This document shows positions 1-12,884 of a stretch of DNA of 64,000 nt, one piece after another. The position numbers were made by a program, and so were the translations under genes. Every line of letters begins with the position of its first letter. The stretch's first letter is position 1. The notes beneath the pieces were generated by a model that saw nothing but the letters and a program-made list of their open reading frames with translations, ran no database searches and was not told the DNA's origin. This DNA is from Phoronis australis (lineage: Eukaryota > Animalia > Phoronida). The stretch covers positions 1 through 64,000 of the forward strand of contig NMRA01000480.1 in assembly GCA_002633005.1 (NCBI GenBank), in the 5' to 3' direction.

Positions 1-156
1 GGCAACTAAATTAACTCATCTATTTTATTTAGGCTAAATCTATTTTATTTTCAACATTTAAAGCCTTGGACCACATGCTACATAAAATTTACAGGATAAC
101 CATTAGCAACTTTTCTCTGAGGACAGTGGCGTGAAATACAAATTTCATCCGCATAT

Positions 157-996
157 ACACATAGTGTACCTAATTATCGGACGGAACCTAAATATTGGAC
201 ATTTCTTAAAATCTTACTTGAAGCATAATCTGAGAATTAAATGACGACAATTTTTGTTTCGCTGTAATGCATTCAATGTCCGGCACCGTCACGTTTTTTT
301 GCAGCGTTACCTCGTTTTGATTTCACCGAGAGAGGGTGCAATTTAGACCCCCAAGACCCCAAGTGGGCCTAAAATGGATGATCGCATAAATCGGTTATAA
401 AAGTTGATAATAAAATTTTTTTCCACAATGAAACCATCTCATTGAACTGACAGTATATCACTGTTCCATTTTTTCATTTGTTGTTTAAACTCAAATCAAA
501 CCCCGACCGCGCACGTGCGGGTGTCCTATCAAGAAGCCAAAGAGATACTAAAAACTGCACTGAGTTTGCACGTGCTTTACTTTTAGTCGTCTGTTGCACT
601 AATTCATCAAAACGACTTGGCCCCCTCAGATTTCTTTTTATGGATAATTTTGTTGCGAATGGACCTGTGTTCTAGCAGCATATATGTCAAAACACTCGAG
701 CTGAAATTTGGCTACAAGGTGCCCGCGGCCATTACGTGGTTAGTCAGTTTTCCGCAGTGTGGCGTATGGGGAAACATGGTGTCCGATATTTAGGTTCCCC
801 GAAGGTTAGCTAGTTGTGTTTTTTAAAGATGAGTCGGAACATAAATGTGGCTTTCAGTGACAAGATATAGTAACAGAACAATTCCGTGAAGGTAAGTGTT
901 CATTTCAGCAAAGAATTTACAACAATCCGTAGTATTTTCAATTAAATATAATGCAAAATGTTCCAAAACGTCCGATAATTAGGTCACTTGACTGTA
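157..996. mobile_element. Non-autonomous Tc1/Mariner-type MITE
   Basis: acctaattatcggacg (168-183) is inverted at 969-984 (cgtccgataattaggt); the second motif ggaacctaaatattggaca is inverted at ~780-798; right end ...actgta. Confidence 0.65.
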
Positions 997-1199
997 GCGC
1001 AAATCAACAAAACGTGCAGCACACCAGCACCACTCAGGTATAAATGCAGTTCTCAGAGAACAGTACATTTTACAAACACATGAAATGGTATTCATAATCA
1101 ATTAGGAACACACAGAAACAGCACAGTATTTTTGGTCCACAAGAGCATGTCTACCTTCTCTATCATCAAGTTATGGTTGGAGCAACGTAATTTAACTCA

Positions 1200-2360
1200 T
1201 TTATAAAGGATTGAGATCTTAGCAATATCTTATACATTCAGGTAACTTGTTCCATAAAGATACCCCCTGGTGGTGAAATAAACCCATAGGATGTAGTGGT
1301 GAACTTTACAACACAGAATGTTTTCCCCGCACCTCATAGGCAGACGTCTGAGAGCAAAACACTGGAGAGAGCCATAGGCCGTAGGGCCTATCTGATTCAT
1401 ATGCTTGAAAACAGCGACCCCAAGACATTTTGTAGCCTTTGAACAAAATAGTGGAGTGGAGTTTAATTTAGAAAGTAAGATGGAATATGACGACTGGTGG
1501 TCATTGAAAACAAATTTTAAGGCTCGATGTTGAATCTTTCCCATTTTACCACGAGTGCCAAACAAGAGGACAATAATTAAAGTATGACCGCATAAATGCA
1601 TTATAAGTCTTCAACTTAGTGTTTTTATCCAATAAATGACGCAGACGAAACAAGGTAGACACTTATTTTGCTGCTTTGGCACAGAGGTTGTCCACATATT
1701 CATGGAAGTCAATGTGCACACCAAACAGTTTAACAGAATTCTCACATTGAATAATATTTGTGCCAGCATAAGAAATTTTTCAGAATCACTGAGTGTGTCT
1801 CTACTAAGGGTGACGGCTTTGAATTGTTCATTATTGGCAAACATATGATTAGAGGCCTTTTTTCAGAACAAGTCTGACGTTATCCATAGAGTCATCACAG
1901 TGTACAAGTATATTGTCTTCTCCGTAACTAAAGCTTGCACTCACCTTCAAGTATATAGAAAATATCTGTTATGAAAACATTGAATAACAGAGGACTCGGG
2001 ATAGAATCTTGGGGCACACCTTTAGAGATAGGGTGCCAATTGCTATAATAATCATTTTCAACTCTCATTGAGCGCTCAGACAAGTAAGAGAGTAGAAAAG
2101 AACATGTTTTCTGAGAACATCCATGGCTGATCTGACATCCTCAGTGAGCCTCAAGAGATCATCTTCTCAACTAAAACCCTTTCTAACGGCACAGAGGTTT
2201 TTGTTTAGACTTTAGTCAAAATAAAAATTTAGTTGTTTACACAGAAGTCTTTCAAAAACTTGATTTACAGTGGATAAAACACTAAAGGGCCTGTAACATG
2301 CCATGTCCAACTTGTCACCTTTTTTGAAAACAGGATTTATCTGGCTTAGCTTGAGAGAGG
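1200..2360 (-). mobile_element. Decayed CR1/L2-group LINE reverse transcriptase fragment
   Basis: Minus-strand peptides KKGDKLDMACYRP (~2330), GVPQDSIPSPLLFNVFITD (~2020; consensus GVPQGSILGPLLF) and KIQHRALKFVFNDHQSSYSILL; many stops and frameshifts. Confidence 0.85.
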
Positions 2361-2507
2361 ATGGATATGTTTATGGTGCCGCCTACTTGCTGGTTCCCTG
2401 CGTGTAGAGAACACGTATGCAGGGAACCAGTGAGTGCCACCTAAAGTGTGGTGGCAAATCCCGCTGGTACCCTTACCAGAGACCGTTAACGTCTTTGCCC
2501 TTACCAC

Positions 2508-3160
2508 CTATACAGAAAAGTGGTAGCACTGTGAAAGAGTGTTATCAAAGACGTTAACAGTCTCTGGTGTAATCTCGCTGGTTGCATCCGTGTCCTCTAG
2601 CGGACATGAAGGGAACCAGCAAGGGTGGCAAATGTGACATTTCACGAAATGGAACAATTCTGAATCAAAGGCTATAAATCTAGGAAATCTGTAGGTAATT
2701 TCAAGTTTGGAAGCTAGCACGAACTTTGAAATGAATTTAGAGGGAATTATTGTCTGACTTACTTTGATACTTGCAGTGCCGACTTCGTGGCCCAGGTTCT
2801 CAAGTTCCTGATCGTCGTACAACACCTCAACCCACGATCACTTGCATAGTTTCTGGTGGCGGGACAAAGTTGCGCAAACCTCGAAGCGGTCCTCTGTCCA
2901 CCTTGGCGTAACTGGACTCGGAGTCTGATTTGGTGAGTATCACGCTTTGCAAGGTGAAATTGTACAAGTAGGCGACCTGAGCAAGTCTTGCTCACCAAAA
3001 ATGTGATTTAAGTTTTTCTTTGTCAACTCACCAAATGCGATCTCCATTTAAGATATGCCGTTCTCACACTTTCAAAAGCACATCAGCCTTGTCAGCAACA
3101 CTCACTGACGTAACAGTAACAAAAAAGGGCTCAGCATCGGTCAACTCTGTTGTTGCCATC
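2508..3160 (-). mobile_element. Possible decayed LINE ORF1 (gag-like) remnant
   Basis: Broken minus-strand frames with a degenerate Cys/His knuckle (CHICHPCWFPSCP), directly upstream of the RT remnant; family not identified. Confidence 0.3.
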
Positions 3161-3260
3161 TATCGATCTTGCTATGTGGGTGGAGCAACTATATCATTGT
3201 CTTTCAAACAAGAACTGTGTTCAAGATGTGTGTGTACAATGGAGAACGTAAACATTTTAA

Positions 3261-3510
3261 TCCAATATCTTTAGTTAGACAGTGACCACCATCTCTAGCA
3301 GACCAATATCTGTAGTTAGACAGTGACCACTGTCTCTAGCAGACCAATGTCTGTAGTTAGACAGTGACCACCGTCTCTAGCAGACCAATATCTGTAATTA
3401 GACAGTGACCACCGTCTCTAGCAGACCAATATCTATAGTTAGACAGTGACCACCATCTCTAGCAGACCAATATCTGTAGTCAGACAGTGACCACCATCTC
3501 TAGCAGACCA
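3261..3510. repeat. 41-bp minisatellite, ~6 copies
   Basis: Unit gaccaatatctgtagttagacagtgaccaccatctctagca (copies start at 3301, 3342). Confidence 0.95.
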
Positions 3511-3768
3511 GAGACAGTATAGCTCCCACAGGAACTTAATACACCTGATGCTTTTGGGCGAATTGTGCCTCACACTGACTATAACATCAGTGATGTTGTT
3601 ATAAATACATTTTGCACATAGAGAGACACCTTAGGTGGCCCTCGATGTGTTTAATTCCTTCCAACTCAAAGAAATATTCCCGTTATCAAACTTTTTCTTC
3701 GAGCACTCCGTCATTCAGTTCCCAAAATTGCAGCTTGAGAATAAGCAAGATTCCAAGTTCACACACAG

Positions 3769-4913
3769 TGTTACGGGGAGATTTTATGTAGGATGAACAT
3801 GTCATTTATTTATCATTAAAGTATGATAAAAGCACATTACAACTTGGGTTAACTATCTAAATGAGAATAATATTACATGAGAAGTATAAATATTAATTAA
3901 GTATGCAGTGGTTGTTGTATAATTAATTAAAGATATTAGTTGTTTACTGAAATTTATTGCCTCCTATGAGTGCATAGGAAATGAATCAGCACATTTGTCT
4001 CTAACCATGTGTTTATGCTATGGTAGCAGAATTATGTAATTTTAAATTCACCGGAATTGGTCAACTGTGGGGTTAGCCAGTTCTGACAACAACAATAGTT
4101 GTGTTATTAATCAGCAGAAATTACTTAAAAGTTTGTCTGTCCGTGACCGTATTTGGCGAAAGCTTAGGTTCATAATTAGAATCTTATGATGTTGTTCCGG
4201 GAGTTGTTTTGAAACTATGAGTACATTTGGAGGAAGTTTGTGGGTTTTATGTTTTGATCAAACTCGCCCACCTTTATTCTGTTTGAGTATAAGTATACCA
4301 TTAGCTTTTCAAGAAGGCATATTTCCAACGAGAGGCAACCAGATTAGTATAGAGGTATTAGATATTTCTTGGAGAGAAAAACCAGCTTGCTAGAAAGATA
4401 TCGCAGATATTCCTAAAGAGATAATACTGGTTTGCTGAGAAATATCACAAGTTAAATTCGATGGACTGAATTTCAATCCGATACATGTAGCAGAAATTCA
4501 TGGACTGAATTTCAAAGGGATACATTGTATCTAGAATTCAATGGACTGAATTCAATGTTAACATATATGTTGTTTGATGGACTGAACTTCATAGTTATTC
4601 CGAAGCATTTCATCAAGTGAAGACTGCTTGGAACACTGGATCGAATGATCAAGAGAAGAGGAAACTCCTCATAACAAGTGTAACTCTGGATTCAAGGCCG
4701 ACGCCAGGAATGGGAAATGTGATCACAGACTGATTAAATTAGCCTTCTTTGTTAATCTTTATGATTATTCATTTAGGGAAATTCAAACATTTAGTCAATA
4801 TACTCATTATTACATCCAAATCAAATTGTGTTGTTTCAACCGCCTACCGGCAAGATATTCACCACCTGACACACAGCAATATCACCTGCCCTACTGGTGG
4901 CCAAGAAATAACA
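3769..4913. mobile_element. Candidate solo LTR
   Basis: Starts TGTTA and ends TAACA (TG..CA inverted termini); internal repeated atggactgaa motif at 4460-4590; no convincing TSD. Confidence 0.3.
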
Positions 4914-5033
4914 CAAAATTTAGCTTCCTTTCTGCATGTCAAAACTTCAATTATGTACATTTTATCTTGAAAACTATAGTTTACATGGTGTTAACGTTTG
5001 TCCATTCTGTTTTCAGGACTGGAACAAGCAAAG

Positions 5034-5135
5034 ATGGCAAATAGACTATGTTCTATCCTAACCATGTATTGGCCCTTGCTGAAGTATTATTTACCCATAG
5101 TACTAACTGGTGTAGCTCCTGACATAGCTGAACAG
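5034..5135 (+). CDS. ANKH: ANKH coding exon 1 (MANRLCSILTMYWPLLKYYLPIVLTGVAPDIAEQ)
   Basis: ATG at 5034; acceptor tttcag at 5011-5016 implies an upstream non-coding exon; donor CAG|gtattg; 102 nt, phase 0. Confidence 0.92.
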
Positions 5136-6539
5136 GTATTGGAATTGTAAATATAATCACTTCAAAATTATGCTTAAGGTTGTATGTGTAAAGACCATGG
5201 TTTACTTTTTTCAAAAACTAAGAAATCCATTTCACCTAGTGTTAAATTTCTTTTTCCCCTTTTGTAAATTTATTTACCAAATTTCATTTTTCAAAGTCAT
5301 TAAATATTAAGTAAATGAGAATGACTTGGAAAATGCTTTGATTTTTCTGCTGAATCATTCCACTGTGCCGTTATCATGGGTGGCACAGCATAGTGGGACG
5401 GGGGGCTGTAGCCCCCCACTTTTTTTAGTACTGCACCGCCCATGGTCTATAGGCGATACACCACAGGGGAGCTGGGGGCATTAGCCCACCACTTTTTTCA
5501 GTGCTGCACCACCCAGGGTTATATCAATAACTCATAATTTGCATTTGATTAAACTTGATATTACCTTTTCTACCATTCTTTTTCAAGCATAGTATTGCAA
5601 ATAGTTAATAATATTGTGACAATGACATGCAAATATAACATTACAAAACGTTAACCATAGTGCTGTGCTACTTAATTTTCCAAAGTACTCATACACCCAG
5701 TTCAGGCCCCACTCCGATTACTTAAGTATGCAATATATACATGTATCACCAAATGGAACACTTTTAAGTTTTAAAATCAGAAAATATCAGACTCCCACGG
5801 TTTCCAGAATTCCTGTAGTTTATTTGGATTTTTTGCTTCAGAATATACCTCTCAGCAGTAAAACTTGTTTTCAAATAATTAATAAAAACATTTAAAGTTA
5901 AGGCATTCTAATACAGAATCCTACATGAGTCTCAGGTTTATGACATAGGCGAAACCTCTTGGAAATTTCATCAAAATCCCTTGGCAAGTCTCGAGTGTTG
6001 GATTTGTTTTCTCACATGAACCGTAAAAACAATCTTTTTTGCCGAAAAACTAGACCTAACTTTCAACGATATGACGCAACTTTTGTAAAATACTCTTGCA
6101 CAAAGTAAAGTAAACATAGTTACTTTTTGTTAATAGTTTTATTTTATCTTTACAATTGTAAATTTCATTCAGTTTTCGTAACAAATGTTCAAGCTAGAAT
6201 CTAATAAATAGCCTTGGAAGTTGTAATATTAAAACTTAACAAATGTTTATAAATAACAGTCAGTAGAGCTTTCCCGCGTGTGAGCACTGAATTGACCTTG
6301 AGACAGCACAGCTAGACAGTCTCGCCGCGTTTCTTGAGTTTGTCACCTTTTGAATGAACGTGAATATGGAATTTGCCCCCAAAGATGGGTCCGTTCAAGA
6401 AGTTGTTTGCATGTCCTTTGGACTGAGAGTACATACATTTTCGATACCCGATTTGTCAATCATAACCTTGTCACCTTCATGGAATTCTGGCATTGCTTGG
6501 TTGCCGTGCGTTTACTGTTTTGCAGACGGTAAAATGTAA

Positions 6540-8985
6540 GATGTATAGATTTCTACTTTGCACCACTTTGTCATTAGCCCATGTAATATCAAAAAAATTA
6601 TGTGCTCTGTGTTATTAACCAGTTGTGTTGTAACACATTTCAGATCATGTGAGAATTTAATTTTTGAAATGTGTAATATTTTGCGTACAATAGAAACCAG
6701 TTGAGTACTTTGTTTTCTTTTTTGAACAGAGTTCCAAAAAGTATTGGCTTTTTTCCGAGTTTTGAGTTGACCTTTGCTGATAATAGGCTTTCAGGCCATA
6801 CAGAGTGCGTGACACAACAATCTACAAATAAGTGTTCAATTGTCTCACCCTCGCTCTTACAGAAGTACAAGAATCAGAATCAACTAATTAATTTTAAATA
6901 ACCTTCAGGCGTTTGTAGGAAAGATCCTATGCAACACTTTGTATTGAAACTGGCATATTTTTGTATCGTTTACACTTAAAAGGGTTATTTTATAAAACTT
7001 CAATTTTCAAGGTTCAAACATGTATCCTACATCTTCAAACTGAGCTTCTGAGAAGTAGGTTTCAGAGAATTCGTACTGGTAATATATTATAAATACGTGT
7101 ACATCCACGCTTATCAGCAATTAGGGTGGACAATGAAAATGGAATAATTGGTCAGAAGTCGTTTTTCAATTTGTAGTTCAGATAATTTTTTTAAGAAAGG
7201 CCTTTACTGAACTGACCAAAGTGTCATTCAAATAAAATATTTTATTCCTTAAATAAAAAAGGATTCCACGTAAGAAGGTTGCACGCCTCCAAGAATTTTA
7301 GGTTGTGTAAAATGTTTATAGAAACCATACTACATTCATGCTTGTCCACTGTTTTCTAGTTAAAGATGCCCAGTATTGTCAACATTCATGTCAAAATTTC
7401 TTACTAACGTTCAATTTGTCCATCAAGAAAAAATCTCAGTTTTTTAATATTTCATTCTTTGTGAAACCAAACTCTGCCTCAGCAAGTAGTGTCTACTTGG
7501 ATTGAGAAGTAAAAAGGGTCCTTATCCACAAAAGTTTAAGAGCTATATTAAAGTGTTTCAGATCACATATTAAAACCCCCTTCAATTCTTTTTGTCAATA
7601 TCTCTATCTTAATCATGTCTGGTTTGTTATTCCAAATAAATTTGAAAAACAAATCATTCATTTTATTTAGAAAGGTTGGAGACGGACCAGGTAATAAAGA
7701 TAATAAATGCATAGTTTTTGGAAATGACAAGTATTACCGTCACTTTACCAAATATAGCGAGTTTTCTTTTAGACCGTGTCTTCAGCATTTTTTTAATTCC
7801 ATGAGTTTTAAATCAGTTGTCATTTAAAAACATGTCTAAATTAACATTAAAATTCAATCCCATTAGCCTAAACTTAGTAACACCACGTTATAATTTCCAG
7901 CGTCTGTGGTGTGTGATCTCATTAGAAAACTTTTCTCCCAATCCAGATAACGTTTTTGGGATAATTTTCAAGCCAGAAATATTTGCATAGAAGTCTCATT
8001 CCCTCATTGTCTCTGTCAAAGAACCCATAGAGCCGTCTAACATAAATGTTGTATCGTCCCTACACTGGCCTATTTTATACTCAGTAACCTCAATCCCTTT
8101 ATATTTTCATTGTGTTTATAATTAACAAGATTTCAGTGTATAAAATAGAAATATAAGGTGGCATAGAATCACTGTCTACAACCTCTTTGTAGAGGAAAAG
8201 TCTCAAACAAAATGCCATTCTGTGTTATGTGTTTGACTGGGTTATTATATAGTGTACATATGCACTGCCTGAAAGATTAACTTTAATTCTATAATGTACT
8301 TATGCACTGCCTGAAAGATTAACTTTAGTTCTATAATGTACTTATGCACTGCCTGAAAGATTAACTTTACTTCTATAATGTACTTATGCACTGCCTGAAA
8401 GATTAACTTTAATTCTATAATGTACTCATGCACTGCCTGAAAGATTAACTTTAAAACTTCATGAATAAAATCCCCATGATAAGCTAAGTATCAAAAACTT
8501 TAAAAATCAAATTGCAGAAGGAGTCCTGCATTTGGTTGGTTTTCAGCATAGTTCATCATGTCATATATAAGTCATGTACATTCATCAATGTATTTGCCCT
8601 TAGTAAAATCATTTTGATCACTCGATGTAAGCTTCTGTAAAACCTGTTTTAGCAATGCATCCAGCAGCTAATTTATAAACAGAATTTAACAAGGTAATAG
8701 GTCTCCAATTTCTCAAGAATTGTTTGGGTTTATCAGGTTTTGATATACATGTTATGATACCAGTTCTCTGAGCCAAAGACGTTTCAGTTTTAACGATATG
8801 TTTCACAATAAAGTGTTTTAAATCATCCCAGAAATATTTAATGAACTCGGCTGAAAACTGACTTGAATCAAGACTGTTGTCAAGTTTGCTGCAATAATGT
8901 CTGGATTCCAAATTACACAAGTATTTTGTTGGAGGCTTGTCGTTTTGAATCTAATTTGCTTTTGAATCAATAATATGTCCTTTAA
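6540..8985 (-). mobile_element. Decayed Tx1/L1-group LINE ORF2 (RT plus C-terminal CCHC)
   Basis: ITCISKPDKPKQFLRNWRPITLLNSVYKLAA (RT N-terminal motif) and FCKSEGETIEHLFVDC...W (Tx1-type Zn motif); interrupted by a minisatellite and bounded by a Kolobok-type insertion. Confidence 0.88.
8258..8455. repeat. 42-bp minisatellite, ~5 copies
   Basis: Unit tgcactgcctgaaagattaactttaattctataatgtactta. Confidence 0.95.
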
Positions 8986-9831
8986 AGAGTTCCCACAATA
9001 CATTTTCTTAGTTTTTGAGGTTTCAGTTAGCTAATATGAAACAAATGCCATAAAATCCAATTAAGTACTTTTTATGCCAAATAGTCACGATTTCTTTAAT
9101 TTTGATAAAAAATTAGTTATTTCCAAATCTCCCATCAATTGATGTAATGGGTGCAAAATGTTTGGTCACTTGACAATCAATTGCAATGGTGGAATACAGC
9201 AGATCAGAAGACGAGGACGATTTTGAGCAACAATTATTATGCAGACAGAGTGGAAAGTGGATACGGGCATCACACTCAAGTACTGGAGGAATCACACAAT
9301 GAATTCAATTTCCCACTTAGCAGCTCATATTCACTATTTGCCATGATGGAATGAGCACAATGGATATGCCTACATGTCGAAGTGCTTGATCTGGGCCGTG
9401 GTCAAGGGCCTGGCATCACTCGCCTTAGCATGAAAGCAATTTTTTGTTATTTACAAAATTTGCAAATACACTTACAAGGTGTCGAGTCCTTCATTGTAAT
9501 ACCACTTTTAGTGCAACACAATTCCTTGAAATGTACCGAACAAAGTGTGGTTTCCGATAAAATCGCACGTTCCACACTGACATTCGACACTCTCGTGTGA
9601 AGCACAAGCCAATGTCATTTCTGTGTAACTTTCATGTATTTAGGAAATTTGAACACAGAGACGTTCATAGTCAAGTTGCTGTTACTACAGCCTCTACAAA
9701 CGCACATTTTCATGTCTGAAAATGGGCAGCTCTCCACAGACTTTCCTCACATCTCCTCTGTGTCACACTTGAATCTCTTAAGATGTATTAAAGAAATTAT
9801 TTTTGAGACACAGGGTCATGGTGGGAACTCT
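8986..9831 (-). mobile_element. Non-autonomous Kolobok-type DNA transposon with a THAP-domain remnant
   Basis: TTAA|AGAGTTCCCAC...GTGGGAACTCT|TTAA: 11-bp TIR, TTAA TSD, AG..CT ends; internal THAP coding sequence. Confidence 0.85.
9476..9713 (-). pseudogene. THAP zinc-finger domain exon with one in-frame stop
   Basis: MKMCVCRGCSNSNLTMNVSVFKFPKYMKVTQK*HWLVLHTRVSNVSVERAILSETTLCSVHFKELCCTKSGITMKDSTP, then donor gtaagt; has CxxxxC, FKFP and LCSVHF THAP signatures. Confidence 0.85.
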
Positions 9832-10545
9832 TTAACTTGATATTATTTCTGCTTTGAATTATATTCTAAACTCAAATCCATTTTATTGCAACCCATAGTT
9901 ATGCTTTGTTTCATTGTTCTTGCTGGCATGTTTCTTGGTAATTTAACAACCTGCTTTTCTGGAGTGACAAAAATTCGTGCTCTGTGGTGACTGAAAACTG
10001 GAATATATGGTAAAGGGGGAAGTTGGCAATAAAATATATGGAAATATTGAGTTACTCCTATAAAAGCTTTTTTAAAAATATTGGTGAAATCATGACCAAA
10101 AGGCGTCTTTTTAAAACTGTGAAGTTGTGGGTTGAGAAGACCTGTGATGGTTACTTGTTAACTGCTAAAATGGTTAAAAAATCTATTTTTACTAGATGCT
10201 GCAGAAATTGAGATGTATAGATTTTCGTACTTCAATGTTACTGACCACAGTATTGTATGTTTAAAAAATTGACAGAATTTTGTTGAAGCTTCGGAGTTTT
10301 GTTTAACTGTCCACAAATTGCTTAGAAAGTCAATAGACTTGAATCAGTCGATTAAACTTTTTGCTTGAAGTTGTGTTGATTTTTTGACTGAAGATGTTTT
10401 ACCACTACACAATCATGTCTATTGTTAAAACACAACAGTTATATTGTGTCCAATTTTTCAATTGATCTGTGTAGATATGGTTGCAGCCACAGTGTACAAG
10501 AAAGGCTGTTATATCTTATGATTCTACATTCCTATCATGTTTCAG

Positions 10546-10657
10546 GCCCTCAACAGGGGGATTACATCTAGCAGCGGTGACAAGGTTATTGACACGTTAG
10601 CTGGCTTTGGTCTGGCCTTCATGGTGGTCAAGTTTCTAGGTGTTACTGGTGTTCTTG
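10546..10657 (+). CDS. ANKH: ANKH coding exon 2 (ALNRGITSSSGDKVIDTLAGFGLAFMVVKFLGVTGVL)
   Basis: tttcag| acceptor, G|gtatgt donor; 112 nt, ends phase 1; ALNRGI motif. Confidence 0.92.
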
Positions 10658-10737
10658 GTATGTAGATTCTGTGGTTGACCATGTTTTTTTTACCTAGCTA
10701 CAGAAAATAGTTAACTTATATATTCATACCATAAATT

Positions 10738-10986
10738 CTCTCCCCCTCTCCGTCTGTCCCTCTCTCTCTAACTCTCATTCTCAGTCTCTCACACTGTCTC
10801 TCACTCTCACTTTCTCACACTTTCTCTCCCTTTCCCCTTCTCACTCACTCTCCCTCTCTCACACTCTCTGTCCCCTCCTCCCTCTTCTGCTCCCCCTTTC
10901 CCCAACCCCATCTGCTCCCTCCATCTCTCTGTGCCTCTCCATTTCTCACTCTCTCTCTCTCACTCACTCTCTCTCTCACTCTTTCT
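10738..10986. repeat. CT-rich low-complexity/microsatellite tract
   Basis: Polypyrimidine (CT)n/(CACT)n run just downstream of exon 2. Confidence 0.9.
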
Positions 10987-12019
10987 CAGGGTTTCCTTTG
11001 CGTGTAAACATCTGGGCGGTCCGCCATGCTCTTTTTTGGCCCCGTCTTCTGTAAATCATGCGAAATTGACCGCTAATCACCTAATCGTGATGGGGAAAAT
11101 TTCACCGCCATGCAAAATCGCTAGTAAAAATGATCGCTAGTAGAAGGATTGCTAGCAAAAATGATCGCAAGTAAGAATGATTGCTAGTAAAGTGATGGCT
11201 GGTAACGGTAAGCTTTCTGCTTTATTCATTTTATCGTGTCGGAGTGTACAAAAGATAATGTACAGCAGTGTGAATTGACCTATCGCAAGCTCCACCCCCT
11301 TACGAAAAATCACTTGACACCCGATAAACAAACAAGATCTCAGAGGCAAATACACTGTCGCTAAACAACGTTCCTGGTGGAATCATTACCAGACGATGTA
11401 CTATAATCCAGTCTATGCAGACGATCTGAGACTGGTTTCCATTCAACATCGTCATTTTGGTGCAGGGGTATGGTTGATTAAACCGTTGAATGTCACGCCC
11501 TGCAATATAATTCACATTGCGGTACAATATGTTTTGTAAACTCGGACACGATAAAATGCATAACGGAGAAAGCTTACTGTGTCTCAATCCACTTCATTAG
11601 CGAGCGCTGGAGCTTTGCCATTATAGAAAATTCGTATCGAGGTTGTTGCCTGGTACCCAGCTGTATTCAGTTCCTCTGCATTGTCGGATAACCAGGTAGG
11701 GATGAGGTACGAAAGGAGATTAAATGATTGTGATTAACGGGGGCACAATTCAAGATCCCATTATAAAATTATTATTTTTCCCGTTCAACCCACAAATGGC
11801 AAAAGGCGCTGTGTGACTTCTGCTTATTCATTATTACTAGCGATCATTTTTACTAGCGATCATTTTTACTTGCGATCATTTTTACTAGCGATTTTTGCGT
11901 GGGGGTGAAGTTTTCCCCATTACGATTAGGTGTGTGGCAATCGACTTTGGGCATGATTTACGAGTGGGGGGCGAAAACGGAGCATGTCGGGCCGATGTTT
12001 ATTTGCAGAGGGAACCCTG
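10987..12019. mobile_element. MITE with ~180-bp imperfect TIRs (hAT-like CAGGG ends)
   Basis: cagggtttcc...cacctaatcgtgatggggaaaatttcacc...ctagtaaaaatgatcgctag is mirrored by ctagcgatcatttttactag...ggtgaagttttccccattacgattaggtg...ggaaccctg; no TSD seen. Confidence 0.8.
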
Positions 12020-12884
12020 CAATAGGGGGATCCCACTTCCCATATTCATGTGCGGCAACGCGCTTTGTATCCCCTCTTTCTGTCGTTGTCACAGGCCTGT
12101 TTCCAAAAGTATTAGAATCAAAGTTATCCCATTTCCAAATAGACATGGGACTTATTCTCAGAGTAATTATTGCATAGGTGTAAGCCCTCTGATAAAACAT
12201 GATAATTTATATTATTGGGGCACTTCCTGTAGGGCAATAAAATATTCTTCGTTGTGCATTCAAATACCTGGTTCCATGACCACCAAACTTTTTTCAATAG
12301 TTCACTCAAAGACCAATCATGTCACATGAAATGGGGAAATATCTGAAGGCATGATACGAGGTTGGAACATTTTTGGGTTGAATCTCGAGTAAAGTTTTTT
12401 GATAACGGGCCCTGATGGTGCGTTGTGGTGATTATGAGGACTTTGGATTTTACATTTTTCCACAAGCGACCCACAAATTTCAGACTCTATTGCCGAGTTG
12501 ACAATTATTTGTAAACCCTGCCTAACGTATAATTCTTACTCGTGTTTATGTTTTGCATCTGATTCGGAAAACATTCCTGGTACCTGATATTTAATACATG
12601 GTGGTTGAAGACCATACTGTCTGCCTTGTTTTATTTCTCATGATTTCAGACCATTACAGGCTCATTAAATTTGTATACTGTAAAATCTCACTAATCTCGG
12701 ACAAAATAACTGTCAAAATTAATGTTTTTCTTTTTATAAGAGTTCCTGACATTTTTGTGAATGCATTGTCTTGTGGTAGCTTTCGTGCAGAATTTGAACA
12801 TGGAAAAGCATTGTTTAAAATGAGAATTCAAAACAAAATTTCAGTTCTCAGCCTTATTGGAGATATAACATAATAAGTAACCGA

